The position numbers and the translations under genes are program-made. From a bacterium (GTDB lineage: Bacteria; Blakebacterota; Blakebacteria; Blakebacterales; JAWOFN01), in contig JAWOFN010000112.1 in NCBI GenBank assembly GCA_046497505.1, forward strand, positions 8,834-72,833: DNA of 64,000 nt. Reading direction: 5' to 3'. Positions 1 to 8,857 of the stretch are shown here, one piece after another. Every line of letters starts with the position of its first letter. Within the stretch, counting starts at the first letter, position 1. A model generated the notes under the pieces. It was not told where the DNA came from and made no database searches. It was given only the letters and a program-made list of their open reading frames with translations.

Positions 1-91
1 GCGAGACCCTGACGAGCTGTGACCTCACGTGCTCCATGAGGAGCCGGTAGAGCGGTTTCCCGCTGGAGTTGAAGATCTCTGCGTTCGGCAT
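1..91 (-). CDS. hypothetical protein, N-terminal 30 codons only; gene runs off the left edge of the window
   Basis: ATG at 91-89 on the minus strand gives MPNAEIFNSSGKPLYRLLMEHVRSQLVRVS. The frame stays open to the window start. It sits downstream of and co-oriented with the LOG gene. No family recognised. Confidence 0.15.
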   Translation of the reverse strand, partial: MPNAEIFNSSGKPLYRLLMEHVRSQLVRVS

Positions 92-199
92 GGTCGGCTG
101 ACTTCCCCGGTGTCGGGTTCAGGGGGACGGCACTTCCGTACACCGGGAGGATACGCCCGGCTCCGCCCGGCGTGAACAGGAATCGGCGGAGCGGGCGGG

Positions 200-790
200 T
201 CAGATGGCCGCGAAGTCCAGAGCATCGGGGTCCCAGGGCGGGGCCTGGCGGAGAGCGGGGAGCACGTCCTCCACCCTCTCGGCCACGCTCCACATATCCA
301 GATGACGGGGATCCATGAATCGCTCCTCCACCGTCTGTTCCAGCATGCGGACCAGCGGCTCGTAGAAGCCGTCCACACTCACCATCACCACCGGGCTGGT
401 GTAGAGCCCCAGTCGTTTCCAGGTGATGGCCTCGAGGAGTTCCTCGAGGGTGCCGGAGGCACCGGGCAGGGCCACCACGGCGTCGGAGAGTTCCAGCATG
501 GTGCGCTTGCGGATGTGGATGTCATCCACCACACGCAGTTCGCTGATCCCTGAGTGCCCCCATCCCACCTCCATCATGAACCGGGGTATCACCCCGAGCA
601 CCTTCCCATCCGCTTCCAGGGCCCCTTCGGCCAGGGCGCCCATCGATCCCACCCGACCCCCGCCGTAGACGATGCCGATCCCCTCCCCGGCCAGGAGCCG
701 TCCCAGCTCTCGAGCGGCGTCCGTATACCTGCTGTCGGTCTGTCGACTCGAGGCCGCATAGACGCACACTCTTCGAAAATCCCTCTCCAT
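200..790 (-). CDS. LOG family protein (cytokinin riboside 5'-monophosphate phosphoribohydrolase / TIGR00730-like)
   Basis: Within ORF 200..853, trimmed to the internal ATG (MERDFRRVCVYAASS). Motifs GIGIVYGGGRVGSMGALAEGAL and PGASGTLEELLEAITW match the LOG GGGxGxMG / PGGxGTxEE signatures. Confidence 0.8.
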   Translation of the reverse strand: MERDFRRVCVYAASSRQTDSRYTDAARELGRLLAGEGIGIVYGGGRVGSMGALAEGALEADGKVLGVIPRFMMEVGWGHSGISELRVVDDIHIRKRTMLELSDAVVALPGASGTLEELLEAITWKRLGLYTSPVVMVSVDGFYEPLVRMLEQTVEERFMDPRHLDMWSVAERVEDVLPALRQAPPWDPDALDFAAI

Positions 791-1020
791 GCACCCCTCC
801 GTTCGGTGGATCGTGGCCAGGGACATCCTCGTATCCCGAGACCCAGGATGCAACGCCGGTTCCTATTGTCTCTAACTTCATCGTTAGGTATTCTTTACTT
901 CGTCCGCTGCGCCGCGGAAGGGGGCGGCCGCCGCCGGCCCGGCTGATCAGGGAGGGAGGACGAGCATGACGAACACCGCGGAAGCGACCCGCCGAGGCCT
1001 ACCTGCCCATCGGAGGACTC

Positions 1021-1254
1021 ATGGGAGTCCTGGACTGCCTGTCGGTCTGCCCGGTGGAGGACATGCTGACGTCCGATACGCACCGCCGGGAGCTGGGGGT
1101 GCTGGGACTGGTCCTGGGCGTGATGCTCCTCTTCTTCGCCGGGTACACCACCGCCCGGGCCACCGGCTACCGGGACAACCGGATCACCGAATCCGAGTAC
1201 ATCGACCCCCTGCAGCACCGGGACCGACCGGGATACGGACACCCGGGCAGGTGA
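1021..1254 (+). CDS. small hypothetical membrane protein (77 aa, one predicted TM helix)
   Basis: Sits in the divergent intergenic region between the LOG gene and the redoxin gene. GGAGG lies 4 nt upstream of the ATG. It has one hydrophobic segment (VLGLVLGVMLLFFAGY). No homology recognised. Could be spurious. Confidence 0.15.
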   Translation: MGVLDCLSVCPVEDMLTSDTHRRELGVLGLVLGVMLLFFAGYTTARATGYRDNRITESEYIDPLQHRDRPGYGHPGR

Positions 1255-1336
1255 TCTCGAAGAGGTCCTTTCGCCGCCCGTTCGCTCCCCTAACTTATAA
1301 GGGTCGGTGCGTATCCCCGGAGCGAAAGGGCCCCAG

Positions 1337-1909
1337 ATGGGCGTCACCGCATCCCGCATGCTCCCCCTCGGTACCGAGGCCCCTGAGTTCGAACTCCCCG
1401 ACACCGAAGGGGAGATGGTCTCACTCGGGGACCTCTCCGACGGCAGGGGTCTGTGCGTGGTCTTCATGTGCAACCACTGCCCCTACGTGAAGCACATCCA
1501 GCACCTGCTGGCCGAGGTGGCGGGGGAGTACCAGGAGAAGGAGATCCGTTTCGTGGGGATCAACAGCAACGATATCGAGGCCTATCCCCAGGACCGGCCC
1601 GAACGCATGAAGGAGGACAAGGAGAGGTTCGGCTACCCCTTCCCCTATCTCTATGATGAATCGCAGGAGACGGCCCGAGCCTACAGGGCCGCCTGCACCC
1701 CGGACATCTACCTCTTCGACGACGGCCTGGAACTGGTCTACCGGGGTCAGTTCGATCCCAGCCGCCCGGGGCGGGGTGAGACCACGGGCGAGGACCTGGT
1801 CCGGGCCCTGGATGCCCTGCTGAAGGGGAAGAGGATCTCGGAAGCAGACCAGCGTCCCAGCGCCGGCTGCAACATCAAGTGGAAGCTGGGGAACGCCCCC
1901 CCCATCTGA
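1337..1909 (+). CDS. thioredoxin-fold redoxin (AhpC/TSA or TlpA-like thiol-disulfide oxidoreductase)
   Basis: ORF 1307..1909 with start moved to ATG 1337, which has an AAAGGG RBS 6 nt upstream. CNHCPY active-site CxxC lies in a thioredoxin-fold context (LCVVFMCNHCPYVKH). Confidence 0.7.
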   Translation: MGVTASRMLPLGTEAPEFELPDTEGEMVSLGDLSDGRGLCVVFMCNHCPYVKHIQHLLAEVAGEYQEKEIRFVGINSNDIEAYPQDRPERMKEDKERFGYPFPYLYDESQETARAYRAACTPDIYLFDDGLELVYRGQFDPSRPGRGETTGEDLVRALDALLKGKRISEADQRPSAGCNIKWKLGNAPPI

Positions 1910-1950
1910 TCCGAGAGCCCGCCCGACACCCTCCGCGGGGAGCCCCGTCC

Positions 1951-2328
1951 CTATTCGTCGTGGGCATGACCGGGGAAGCGCTCGTGGAGGCGGAAGTGCC
2001 CCTTCACCACCCGGTCCTCCAGGAACCGTATGAGGGGCTCGGCGGCCTCGTTGAAGCCCTCTTCCAGTTCCAGGAGCTTCTCACGGACCGCCTGCAGGTA
2101 GGCCTTCTCATGCGGATCGGTCTCGGAGGAGATCCGCTTCTCCACGTCCTCCACCAGGTAGCGGATGGAGGCCTTCAGGCTGGCGATGGTGGGTGCCTGG
2201 GCCACACACCCCAGGAGGGTGCCCTGCTCCACCTCGTCCGAGACCTCCCGGAAGAGGGAGTCGGGGATCGGCTCGCCCAGGATATGACGGAGGGAGTGCT
2301 CGACTGCTTCGATCTCACTGATACCCAT
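1951..2328 (-). CDS. hypothetical protein (125 aa, acidic, helical)
   Basis: Clean ORF convergent with the redoxin gene. Codon usage matches its neighbours. No family recognised by eye. Confidence 0.4.
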   Translation of the reverse strand: MGISEIEAVEHSLRHILGEPIPDSLFREVSDEVEQGTLLGCVAQAPTIASLKASIRYLVEDVEKRISSETDPHEKAYLQAVREKLLELEEGFNEAAEPLIRFLEDRVVKGHFRLHERFPGHAHDE

Positions 2329-2425
2329 ATGCTCTCCGTCCTCGGGGCAGGGATGGCACGCAACTCTCCATCGAGTCTACGTTCACTGTGCCCCCCTCGC
2401 AACGCTCAACGGACTGTCCAGCCCG

Positions 2426-3985
2426 CTACCGGATGGTCACCGCCTTCATGGGCACCCGTACGGGGATGCGATAGAGGGGGAGTGCGCTCCGGGGGCTCTC
2501 TCCCTCCGGGTCGGGCCGGGGCATCACCGCGTCGAAGTAATTCCAGGAGAAGAGGCTGTCGTCCGTGTCCGGTTCCAGCATGTAGGAAGCCACCCGCCCG
2601 CTGTTCTGGACGGTCCGGACCACGTAGCTGCCGGCGGGAAGGGTGATCTCTTCCTCCACCGTCGTCACCCGGCCCTCGGCCAGGATGTGGTTCTGGTAGG
2701 GACCGTCCGCATACTCCAGGTCGAGGAGCCTGTAGCGCTCCACGGTGAGGGTCACCGGCTCCACCAGCTTCTCCACCTCGATGTGGTGGCGGCGAAGCTG
2801 GTCCGCGACGTGATGCAGGTTCGCGTCGAAGGCGTACGCCCACGGCCTGGGCCGTGTCGCGCTGGGGACGTAGAGGGTCCGGCGCTCACCGGTGACCAGC
2901 TCCGGTTCGGCACCCCGTTCCGGGATCACGTAGAAGCGGTCCTTCCCGGGGTGGGACCGCTCCTCGAAGCCCAGCACCACCTCGTCACGGGGCTGATGGA
3001 GGGTGCGCCGCCGGGCATCCACCACGGTCCGGCGAACCTCTCCCGCGTTCTCCGCCATGAAGCGGAGAAGCCCCTCGAAGCCCTCCCGCTGGGCATCCGC
3101 CTGAACATCCAGGTCGTGGCGGCCGGGGACCTCGTAGAGGAGGGTGATGACGTTCTGCATGCCCCCGTAGGAGTGCTGCTTGCGTACCCAGGGCGTGGTG
3201 GTCCGCCAGTACCACTCCCCCGTCTCACGGTCCTGTCGGGGACCGGAATACCAGTAGAAGAGCAGGTCCTGTTCCGCCAGGTGCTGTTTCACGTACTCGT
3301 ACATGGGTCCGTTGGCGAAGTCCACCAGGGGCTGGTCGGCCGAGGGGTGGAGGGTGGCCTGGTAGGTCAGATGGTAAGGATAGGCGCCCCCGTTGTGGGC
3401 ATCCACGTACACGTCGGGCCACCAGCGGAGGAGCACCTCCTCCACCGCCGCCGAGACCTCCTCGGTCTCCATGACGATGAAGTCCCGGTTCATGTCGTAG
3501 CCCATGCTGTTGGTCCGCGTCGAGCGGGGCTCCGCCTCCGCTCCGTCCGGGTTGAGGCTGGGGATGATGAGGACGTTCACCTCCTCCAGGACGGGGCGGA
3601 GTCCACCGAGTGCGAGTTCCCGGATGAACTGCTGTCCCCCCTCTTTCCCCGAATACTCACCGCCGTGGATACTGCATGTGATGAAGAGGGTCGGCTTGCC
3701 CGAGAGCAGGAGGGTGGCGGGCTCAGCACTTGGCGGGTCACCCAGGATCACCAGCGGGACCACGCGTCCCAGCCGGGTGGTGGTGAGTTCCTGGATCAGT
3801 ATGTTGGAGCTGCGCACCTGGACCTCGAAGAGGAAGTCCATGAGCTCCTCGTGGCTGGTGGAACGCTCCCACCCCGCTCGTTCCGCACCGGTACGGGGGA
3901 GGTCCTGGGCCGCGGCTGCCGCGGGGAGCAGGAAGAGTCCCGCTGTGAGCAGGATGGTCTTCCGGAGATCGATGTGCTTCGGCAT
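2426..3985 (-). CDS. M14 family zinc carboxypeptidase, secreted
   Basis: Start at MPKHIDLRK (ATG 3985-3983) with a signal peptide (LLTAGLFLLPAAAAAQ). HGGEYSG zinc-ligand motif, NPDG, and a typical M14 fold-length catalytic domain followed by a C-terminal beta-rich domain. Confidence 0.8.
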   Translation of the reverse strand: MPKHIDLRKTILLTAGLFLLPAAAAAQDLPRTGAERAGWERSTSHEELMDFLFEVQVRSSNILIQELTTTRLGRVVPLVILGDPPSAEPATLLLSGKPTLFITCSIHGGEYSGKEGGQQFIRELALGGLRPVLEEVNVLIIPSLNPDGAEAEPRSTRTNSMGYDMNRDFIVMETEEVSAAVEEVLLRWWPDVYVDAHNGGAYPYHLTYQATLHPSADQPLVDFANGPMYEYVKQHLAEQDLLFYWYSGPRQDRETGEWYWRTTTPWVRKQHSYGGMQNVITLLYEVPGRHDLDVQADAQREGFEGLLRFMAENAGEVRRTVVDARRRTLHQPRDEVVLGFEERSHPGKDRFYVIPERGAEPELVTGERRTLYVPSATRPRPWAYAFDANLHHVADQLRRHHIEVEKLVEPVTLTVERYRLLDLEYADGPYQNHILAEGRVTTVEEEITLPAGSYVVRTVQNSGRVASYMLEPDTDDSLFSWNYFDAVMPRPDPEGESPRSALPLYRIPVRVPMKAVTIR

Positions 3986-4144
3986 ACGGAGCACTCCTTG
4001 CCCTTGTGATGAGGACGGTCCGGTCTTCTCTGTCCATGCTACAGTCTGGCCCCGCAGAATCTGCAACACAACCCGTCCCGACCGTGCCCCTGCCTCCCGC
4101 ACTCGGGGCATGTGACGGTGCTCACCCTCAGGTCGGAGGTCCGG

Positions 4145-4642
4145 TCACTCAGTGACGGGGGGGAGCCCTTCCAGTGCCAGGTCCACTTCATCGCACAGCA
4201 TACGCACACAGGAGGGCACGGCCGACCGGACCACCGGGGAGAGGGTTCCCCCGGGGCCGATCCAGGAGGGTTCCACCCCCAGAATCACCAGCCTTGAGGG
4301 AAGCATTTCCAGCCGCTCCCCCAGGTGCACCAGGTCGAGGAGGTCCCCCTCATGGAGGGAGATGCCCGGGAGTTCCTTCGCCGACCGCACATCCTCCGGG
4401 GTGAATCGGCGCATCGTACCGGGGGACTCGCCCATCCGGGCGCAGTCCACCAGGATGGCGGCGCTGCGTCCCTCCATGGCATAGAGCAGGGACATGCCCC
4501 CGGTACCCGCATCCACCGCCTCCACCAGGGGCGATGGTCCCCTGGAGGCGAGAAAGGCCTCTACCACCGCCGGACCCACCCCCTCGTCACCCATGAGGGG
4601 GTTGCCGATCCCTGCCACGAGGAGGGGCGGGGCGGTATGCAT
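4145..4642 (-). CDS. hydrogenase maturation endopeptidase (HyaD/HybD/HycI family)
   Basis: LLVAGIGNPLMGDEGVGPAVVE matches the GxGNxxxxDDGxG signature. The ATG overlaps the large-subunit stop codon in TGATG, indicating translational coupling. Confidence 0.8.
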   Translation of the reverse strand: MHTAPPLLVAGIGNPLMGDEGVGPAVVEAFLASRGPSPLVEAVDAGTGGMSLLYAMEGRSAAILVDCARMGESPGTMRRFTPEDVRSAKELPGISLHEGDLLDLVHLGERLEMLPSRLVILGVEPSWIGPGGTLSPVVRSAVPSCVRMLCDEVDLALEGLPPVTE

Positions 4643-5952
4643 CAGACGAACTCCACCTCCAGATGATGGGTCGAGCAGGAGATGCACGGGTCGTAGGAAC
4701 GGACCAGCATCTCCAACAGGGACCGGAGTCCGTCCTCTCCCCTGTCGAGGTAGCGCGGGACCAGGGCCTCGAAATCCTTCTGGATGTTGCCATGGTTCTG
4801 GTTGGTGGGGATGCAGATGTTGGCCCTCACGCAGTTCCCCGCCCCGTCGAACTCGTACCGGTGGAACAGGATCCCCCGGGGTGCCTCCACCGATCCCACA
4901 CCTTCCCCGGCCGTGGGCAGGACGGAGGGTTTCTCGGGACGGATCCCCCGGGTGAGGAGTTCGTCGATGAGGAGCAGGCCGTGCTCAACGGTCTGGACGA
5001 CCTCCACCACCTGGGCGGCGTTGTTCATATAGGGGTTCGTACACCCCTTTTCGAGTCCCAGTTCCCCGGCCGTCTTGAGCGCCAGGGGGAGGAGCGCGTC
5101 CGCATTGAGGTTGAAGCGTGCCAGGGCCCCCACCGCGTAGGCGTCCCGATGCCACTTCGTCCACTTGGCGGTGGACAGGGGACTGACGTATTCGTTCGCC
5201 ACGCGCTCGAACTCCTGCACCGGGACCCGTTCGTCGGTATCGGAAGAGCCGATGCGCCCTTCGTAGAAGGGATAGGCGCCCTCTTCCACCAGGGCGATGT
5301 ATTCGGTCTCCCGCTGGAAGTCCGGGAAACCGTCCGCGAGGGATGCCACTGCCTCCGCGATCGCCACCAGGTCGGGGACCACCGCCTGGAAACGCTCCTT
5401 GAAGTCGAGGAGCTGGGCGGCTGTCGGGAGGCGGGTGAAGCCCCCCGGAACGACGGTGACCGGATGGGTCTGCCTGCCCCCCAGCCAGTCCATGACCTCG
5501 TTGCCGAGCCGGTGGGCCCGTATGATGGTCTTCACCAGGTCGGGATGACTCTCCAGGAGCGGCACCACGCTGGGCTGACCCAGCAGGTCGGGTGCTGCCA
5601 GGTAGCCCACGTGGAGCACGTGGCTCTCCATGTACTCACCGTAGTGGAGCAGGGTCCGGAGCATCCGGGTCTGTTCCGAGACCCCGATGTCCATGGCATC
5701 CTCGATGGCCTTGACGGCTGCCAGGGAATGGCTCACCGAGCAGATCCCGCAGATCCTGCTAACGATGGTCTGGATGTGTTCCCAGGAACGGTCCCGCACC
5801 ATGGCCTCGAAGAACCTGGGGGCCTCGGGGACCTGCCACTCCACCCTCTCGATGGTCCCGTCGGAGGCCCGCACCGCGATGTTGCCGTGACCTTCGACCC
5901 GGGTGACATGATGGACATCGATCTGCACGGTGCGTGATGTGGTCTTCGCCAT
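4642..5952 (-). CDS. hydA: [NiFe] hydrogenase large subunit (alpha), group 3b sulfhydrogenase-like
   Basis: N-terminal RVEGHG and RICGICSVSH (RxCGxCxxxH) and C-terminal DPCISCSTHH (DPCxxCxxH) Ni-Fe ligand motifs. About 437 aa, short as in group 3. Start ATG at 5952 has a GAGGAG RBS. The ORF track begins at GTG 5967. Confidence 0.85.
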   Translation of the reverse strand: MAKTTSRTVQIDVHHVTRVEGHGNIAVRASDGTIERVEWQVPEAPRFFEAMVRDRSWEHIQTIVSRICGICSVSHSLAAVKAIEDAMDIGVSEQTRMLRTLLHYGEYMESHVLHVGYLAAPDLLGQPSVVPLLESHPDLVKTIIRAHRLGNEVMDWLGGRQTHPVTVVPGGFTRLPTAAQLLDFKERFQAVVPDLVAIAEAVASLADGFPDFQRETEYIALVEEGAYPFYEGRIGSSDTDERVPVQEFERVANEYVSPLSTAKWTKWHRDAYAVGALARFNLNADALLPLALKTAGELGLEKGCTNPYMNNAAQVVEVVQTVEHGLLLIDELLTRGIRPEKPSVLPTAGEGVGSVEAPRGILFHRYEFDGAGNCVRANICIPTNQNHGNIQKDFEALVPRYLDRGEDGLRSLLEMLVRSYDPCISCSTHHLEVEFV

Positions 5953-5963
5953 GGTCGGGCTCC

Positions 5964-6695
5964 TCACTTGGTTCCGAAGAGGTGCATGCGTCGCTCCAGG
6001 TCCTCTTCGGTCTTACCGTACATGTCCATGATCTCCTTGGCGGCCCCCACGTTGGCATAGGGGATGTATCCCCTGCATCCATAGCAGTAGGCTCCCGCCG
6101 AGGGACAGCAGGCGTCACATCCCGCCCGGGTGATGGGCCCCAGACACACCTCGTCGTACTCGAATCGACAGACGTTCCCTCGGGCCTTGCACTCCACACA
6201 CACCGGGTAGTCGGGGATCACCGGGGTCTTCCCGATGGCCAGGCAGCGGACCACGTAGGCGAACTCCCGGGGGTTGATGGGACACCCTTCGACCCGGTAG
6301 TCCACCTTCACCACCTCGTCGAGGGCCTTGGTGGGGGCGGTGTCCAGGTGAGGCATGCCGGCGTCATCACCGTATACCGTCTCCCGGACCTCCTCCATGG
6401 CGTACCGGTTCTTCAGCCGGTTGACCCCGCCTCGGGTCGCGCACGCCCCGAGGGCCACCAGTATCTCGGCACGGTCCCGTATGGCCCGGAGCCGCTCCTC
6501 GTCCTCCCGCCGCGTGATGGAGCCCTCGACGATGGCGATGTCGTATTCGTTGCTCTGCTCGCTCATCGCCTCCCGCCAGGCCACGGGCTGCACCACGGTG
6601 AGCAGGTCGAGGAGCTGCTCCTCCAGGTTCACGATCTGGAGCTGACAGCCCTCACAGCAGGCGAAGTCGAAGATCGCGACACGGGGCTTGCTCAT
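5964..6695 (-). CDS. hydD: [NiFe] hydrogenase small subunit (delta), group 3b
   Basis: Start MSKPRVAIFDFACCEGCQ with the proximal FeS cluster cysteines, plus further Cys clusters (CPINPREF, CVECKARGNVC, CDACCPSAGAYCYGC). Its ATG overlaps the gamma-subunit stop in TGATG. Confidence 0.8.
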   Translation of the reverse strand: MSKPRVAIFDFACCEGCQLQIVNLEEQLLDLLTVVQPVAWREAMSEQSNEYDIAIVEGSITRREDEERLRAIRDRAEILVALGACATRGGVNRLKNRYAMEEVRETVYGDDAGMPHLDTAPTKALDEVVKVDYRVEGCPINPREFAYVVRCLAIGKTPVIPDYPVCVECKARGNVCRFEYDEVCLGPITRAGCDACCPSAGAYCYGCRGYIPYANVGAAKEIMDMYGKTEEDLERRMHLFGTK

Positions 6696-7567
6696 CAGAT
6701 GGCCTCCGGGAGGTTGCGGATATCCGAGAGCCGGAACACCGGCCCGTCCTGACAGCAGTAGATGTCGTTGATCTGGCATCGGCCGCACTTACCCACCCCG
6801 CACTTCATGTGCCGCTCCAGGCTCACGAAGGTGCTCTCCTCGTCCAGGCCCTTCTTGTGGAGTTCCGCGATCACGAACCGGTACATGGCAGGGGGGCCGC
6901 ATACCACGGCCACGGTCCGTTCGGGATCCACATCCACGCCGGGGATCAGGGTGGTGATCACCCCCGAGTTGCCGTGCCAGTGCTCGTCTGCCTGGTCCAC
7001 CGTCTCCAGGAAGGTGATGTCGTCCCGGTCGCGGAAGTCGGCCAGGTCGTCACGGAAGAGGCGTTCACGCGGCTCCTTGCATCCGTAGAGGATGGTGATC
7101 CGCCCGTACTGCTCCCTGTGACGCGGGTCGAGGGTGTAGGTGATGGCAGACCGCAGGGGTGCCATGCCGCATCCCCCTCCCACGAAGAGGATATCCTTCT
7201 CCAGCATGTCCTCCTCCACCGGGAACCCGTGACCGAAGGGACCGCGCACGTAGATGCGCTCCCCCGGCTCCAGGGCGTGCATGGCGCCGGTGACGTTCCC
7301 CACCTTCCGCACCAGCATCCGGAAGGTGTCGCCCTCGTCGGGACTGGATGCGATGGAGATGGGCGCCTCGCCGATCCCCTGGATGCTCACCTGGACGAAC
7401 TGCCCCGGCATGTGCCCCAGGTGGATTCCCGATTCGAGCTGGAACTCGAAACAGGTGTCCAGGGGCGCCATGGGCTCCACGTCCAGCGTCACGGCGGGTT
7501 CGGGGACGTAGATGTGCTCGTTGACGCGTTCGGCCGTACTCTGCTGTGCGTCTGCGACCCGGGTCAT
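6695..7567 (-). CDS. hydG: hydrogenase gamma subunit, FAD/NAD(P)-binding oxidoreductase with C-terminal 2Fe-2S (HydG / AsrB-like)
   Basis: Ferredoxin-NADP reductase-like fold (RMLVRKVGNVTGAMH, ILFVGGGCGMAPLRS) and C-terminal CGVGKCGRCQ 2Fe-2S motif. Start ATG at 7567 overlaps the beta-subunit stop in ATGA. Confidence 0.8.
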   Translation of the reverse strand: MTRVADAQQSTAERVNEHIYVPEPAVTLDVEPMAPLDTCFEFQLESGIHLGHMPGQFVQVSIQGIGEAPISIASSPDEGDTFRMLVRKVGNVTGAMHALEPGERIYVRGPFGHGFPVEEDMLEKDILFVGGGCGMAPLRSAITYTLDPRHREQYGRITILYGCKEPRERLFRDDLADFRDRDDITFLETVDQADEHWHGNSGVITTLIPGVDVDPERTVAVVCGPPAMYRFVIAELHKKGLDEESTFVSLERHMKCGVGKCGRCQINDIYCCQDGPVFRLSDIRNLPEAI

Positions 7568-8589
7568 GATGAGACCTCCGCCAGGTGGTTGTAAACCTCC
7601 ACGGGGTTGGCGATCTTCGCCGGACAGGCGTCCACACACCGCCCGCAGCCCACGCATCCGCTGCTTCCGTACTTGTCCGCGATATACTTGCCCTTCCGGT
7701 AGTATCGATGCCGGTATCGGGAGGCCTTATCCTTCCGGAAGTTGTGCCCCCCCGCCACCCGCGCGAAAGGCTCCAGCATGCAGGAGTGCCAGTAGCGTGT
7801 CCGCGAACCGCTCGTGAGGTCCCAGTTCACGTCCTCGTGGACGTCGAAGCAGTAGCAGGTGGGGCAGACCATGTTGCAGGAGCCGCAGGAGAAGCAGAGC
7901 TCCGATTTATCCTCCCAGATCGGGTCGTCCCAGGAGGCGGCCAGGAGGCCGGGAAGGGTTTCGGGCGGCACCTTGAGCTTGAGCTGCTGGAGGACCTTCC
8001 GGTTCGTCTCCCACACCCGCTCGCGGGCCAGCAGGTCCTCCCGTCCCGCGTCGGGAGCATCCATGACGGGCACGGCCAGCTCCTCCCCCCGGTCGGTACG
8101 CCAGTCCAGGAGGTAGTGGCCGTCCACCCGGGTGAGGAGCACGTCGAAACCGTTCTCCACCGTGGCGGTCCCCATGCATCCCGCGAAGCAGTTCATGCCC
8201 GCCCGCTCCACGTCCGAGACCACGATGGCCGCCGCCTGGCGGAGGGCACGGTAGTGGGCGTCGAGGTTCCCCTGGAGGAAGATGGCATCCAGCTGGTTGA
8301 TGGCCGCCATGTCGTAGGGATGCACTCCCAGGAGCACGTACGGCTCCACCCGGTCGAGGGGCTGGTACTCCCCGTCCTTGAACTCCAGGAACCGGTCCTC
8401 GGGAGGGAGGACGTACTTCTTGGGCGGCAGGACCGTGGTATCGTAGTCGAGCCGCAGGTCCCCGGCATCCGCCAGGTCGTCGAATACGAATCGTTCCTCC
8501 CGGGCCTGGACCCCCACCACCCTCCCGAGCTCGATGAGCTCTTCCACCCATGTCCTCAGTACCTCGGGTTCCAGTCGTTTGACACCCAT
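7564..8589 (-). CDS. hydB: hydrogenase beta subunit, 4Fe-4S protein (HydB / AsrA-like)
   Basis: CFSCGSCNMVCPTCYC and CVGCGRCVDACP ferredoxin-type motifs. It is the first gene of the hydBGDA-protease operon, with the order seen in Pyrococcus sulfhydrogenase I. Confidence 0.8.
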   Translation of the reverse strand: MGVKRLEPEVLRTWVEELIELGRVVGVQAREERFVFDDLADAGDLRLDYDTTVLPPKKYVLPPEDRFLEFKDGEYQPLDRVEPYVLLGVHPYDMAAINQLDAIFLQGNLDAHYRALRQAAAIVVSDVERAGMNCFAGCMGTATVENGFDVLLTRVDGHYLLDWRTDRGEELAVPVMDAPDAGREDLLARERVWETNRKVLQQLKLKVPPETLPGLLAASWDDPIWEDKSELCFSCGSCNMVCPTCYCFDVHEDVNWDLTSGSRTRYWHSCMLEPFARVAGGHNFRKDKASRYRHRYYRKGKYIADKYGSSGCVGCGRCVDACPAKIANPVEVYNHLAEVSS

Positions 8590-8611
8590 GGGAGCCCCCG
8601 GTCAGGTAACA

Positions 8612-8627
8612 TGTGAAAGTTTTCACA
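8612..8627. promoter_or_regulatory. perfect CRP/FNR-family operator palindrome TGTGA-AAGTTT-TCACA, 22 bp upstream of the hydB start
   Basis: Read directly: TGTGAAAGTTTTCACA lies within an unusually AT-rich patch, flanked by a TATATTAT -10-like element on the gene strand. Confidence 0.45.
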
Positions 8628-8676
8628 AATAATATACCCTTTTCTACCGCCTCCGGGAAGCTCCATCAAACCGAAT

Positions 8677-8692
8677 AGTGAATTTTTTCACG
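8677..8692. promoter_or_regulatory. second CRP/FNR-like site AGTGA-ATTTTT-TCACG, 65 bp distal to the first
   Basis: Perfect GTGA-N8-TCAC core, with 4 of 5 matches to TGTGA/TCACA in each half. Centre-to-centre spacing to the proximal site is 65 bp. Confidence 0.3.
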
Positions 8693-8857
8693 TGCCCGCC
8701 GGGTAGGCCCCTGAAGTCATTATGCCGAAGGGACTTACGCATGAATCCCTCCCGGGGTCCTTTCGGTCCCGCCCCCGGCCCCCCGAAGACGCTTGCGGCG
8801 GGAGGCGCCGCAGGTCGCCCACTCACTCACCCACCCTCCCTCCGGGGGTGCGACCCG

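Noticed and set aside
4642-5967. Longer large-subunit start at GTG 5967 (MRSPTMAKTT)
   Set aside because: The GTG lies inside a GTGAGGAG sequence that supplies the RBS (GAGGAG) for the ATG at 5952, and it overlaps the small-subunit stop. The ATG start gives the canonical short N-terminus before RVEGHG.
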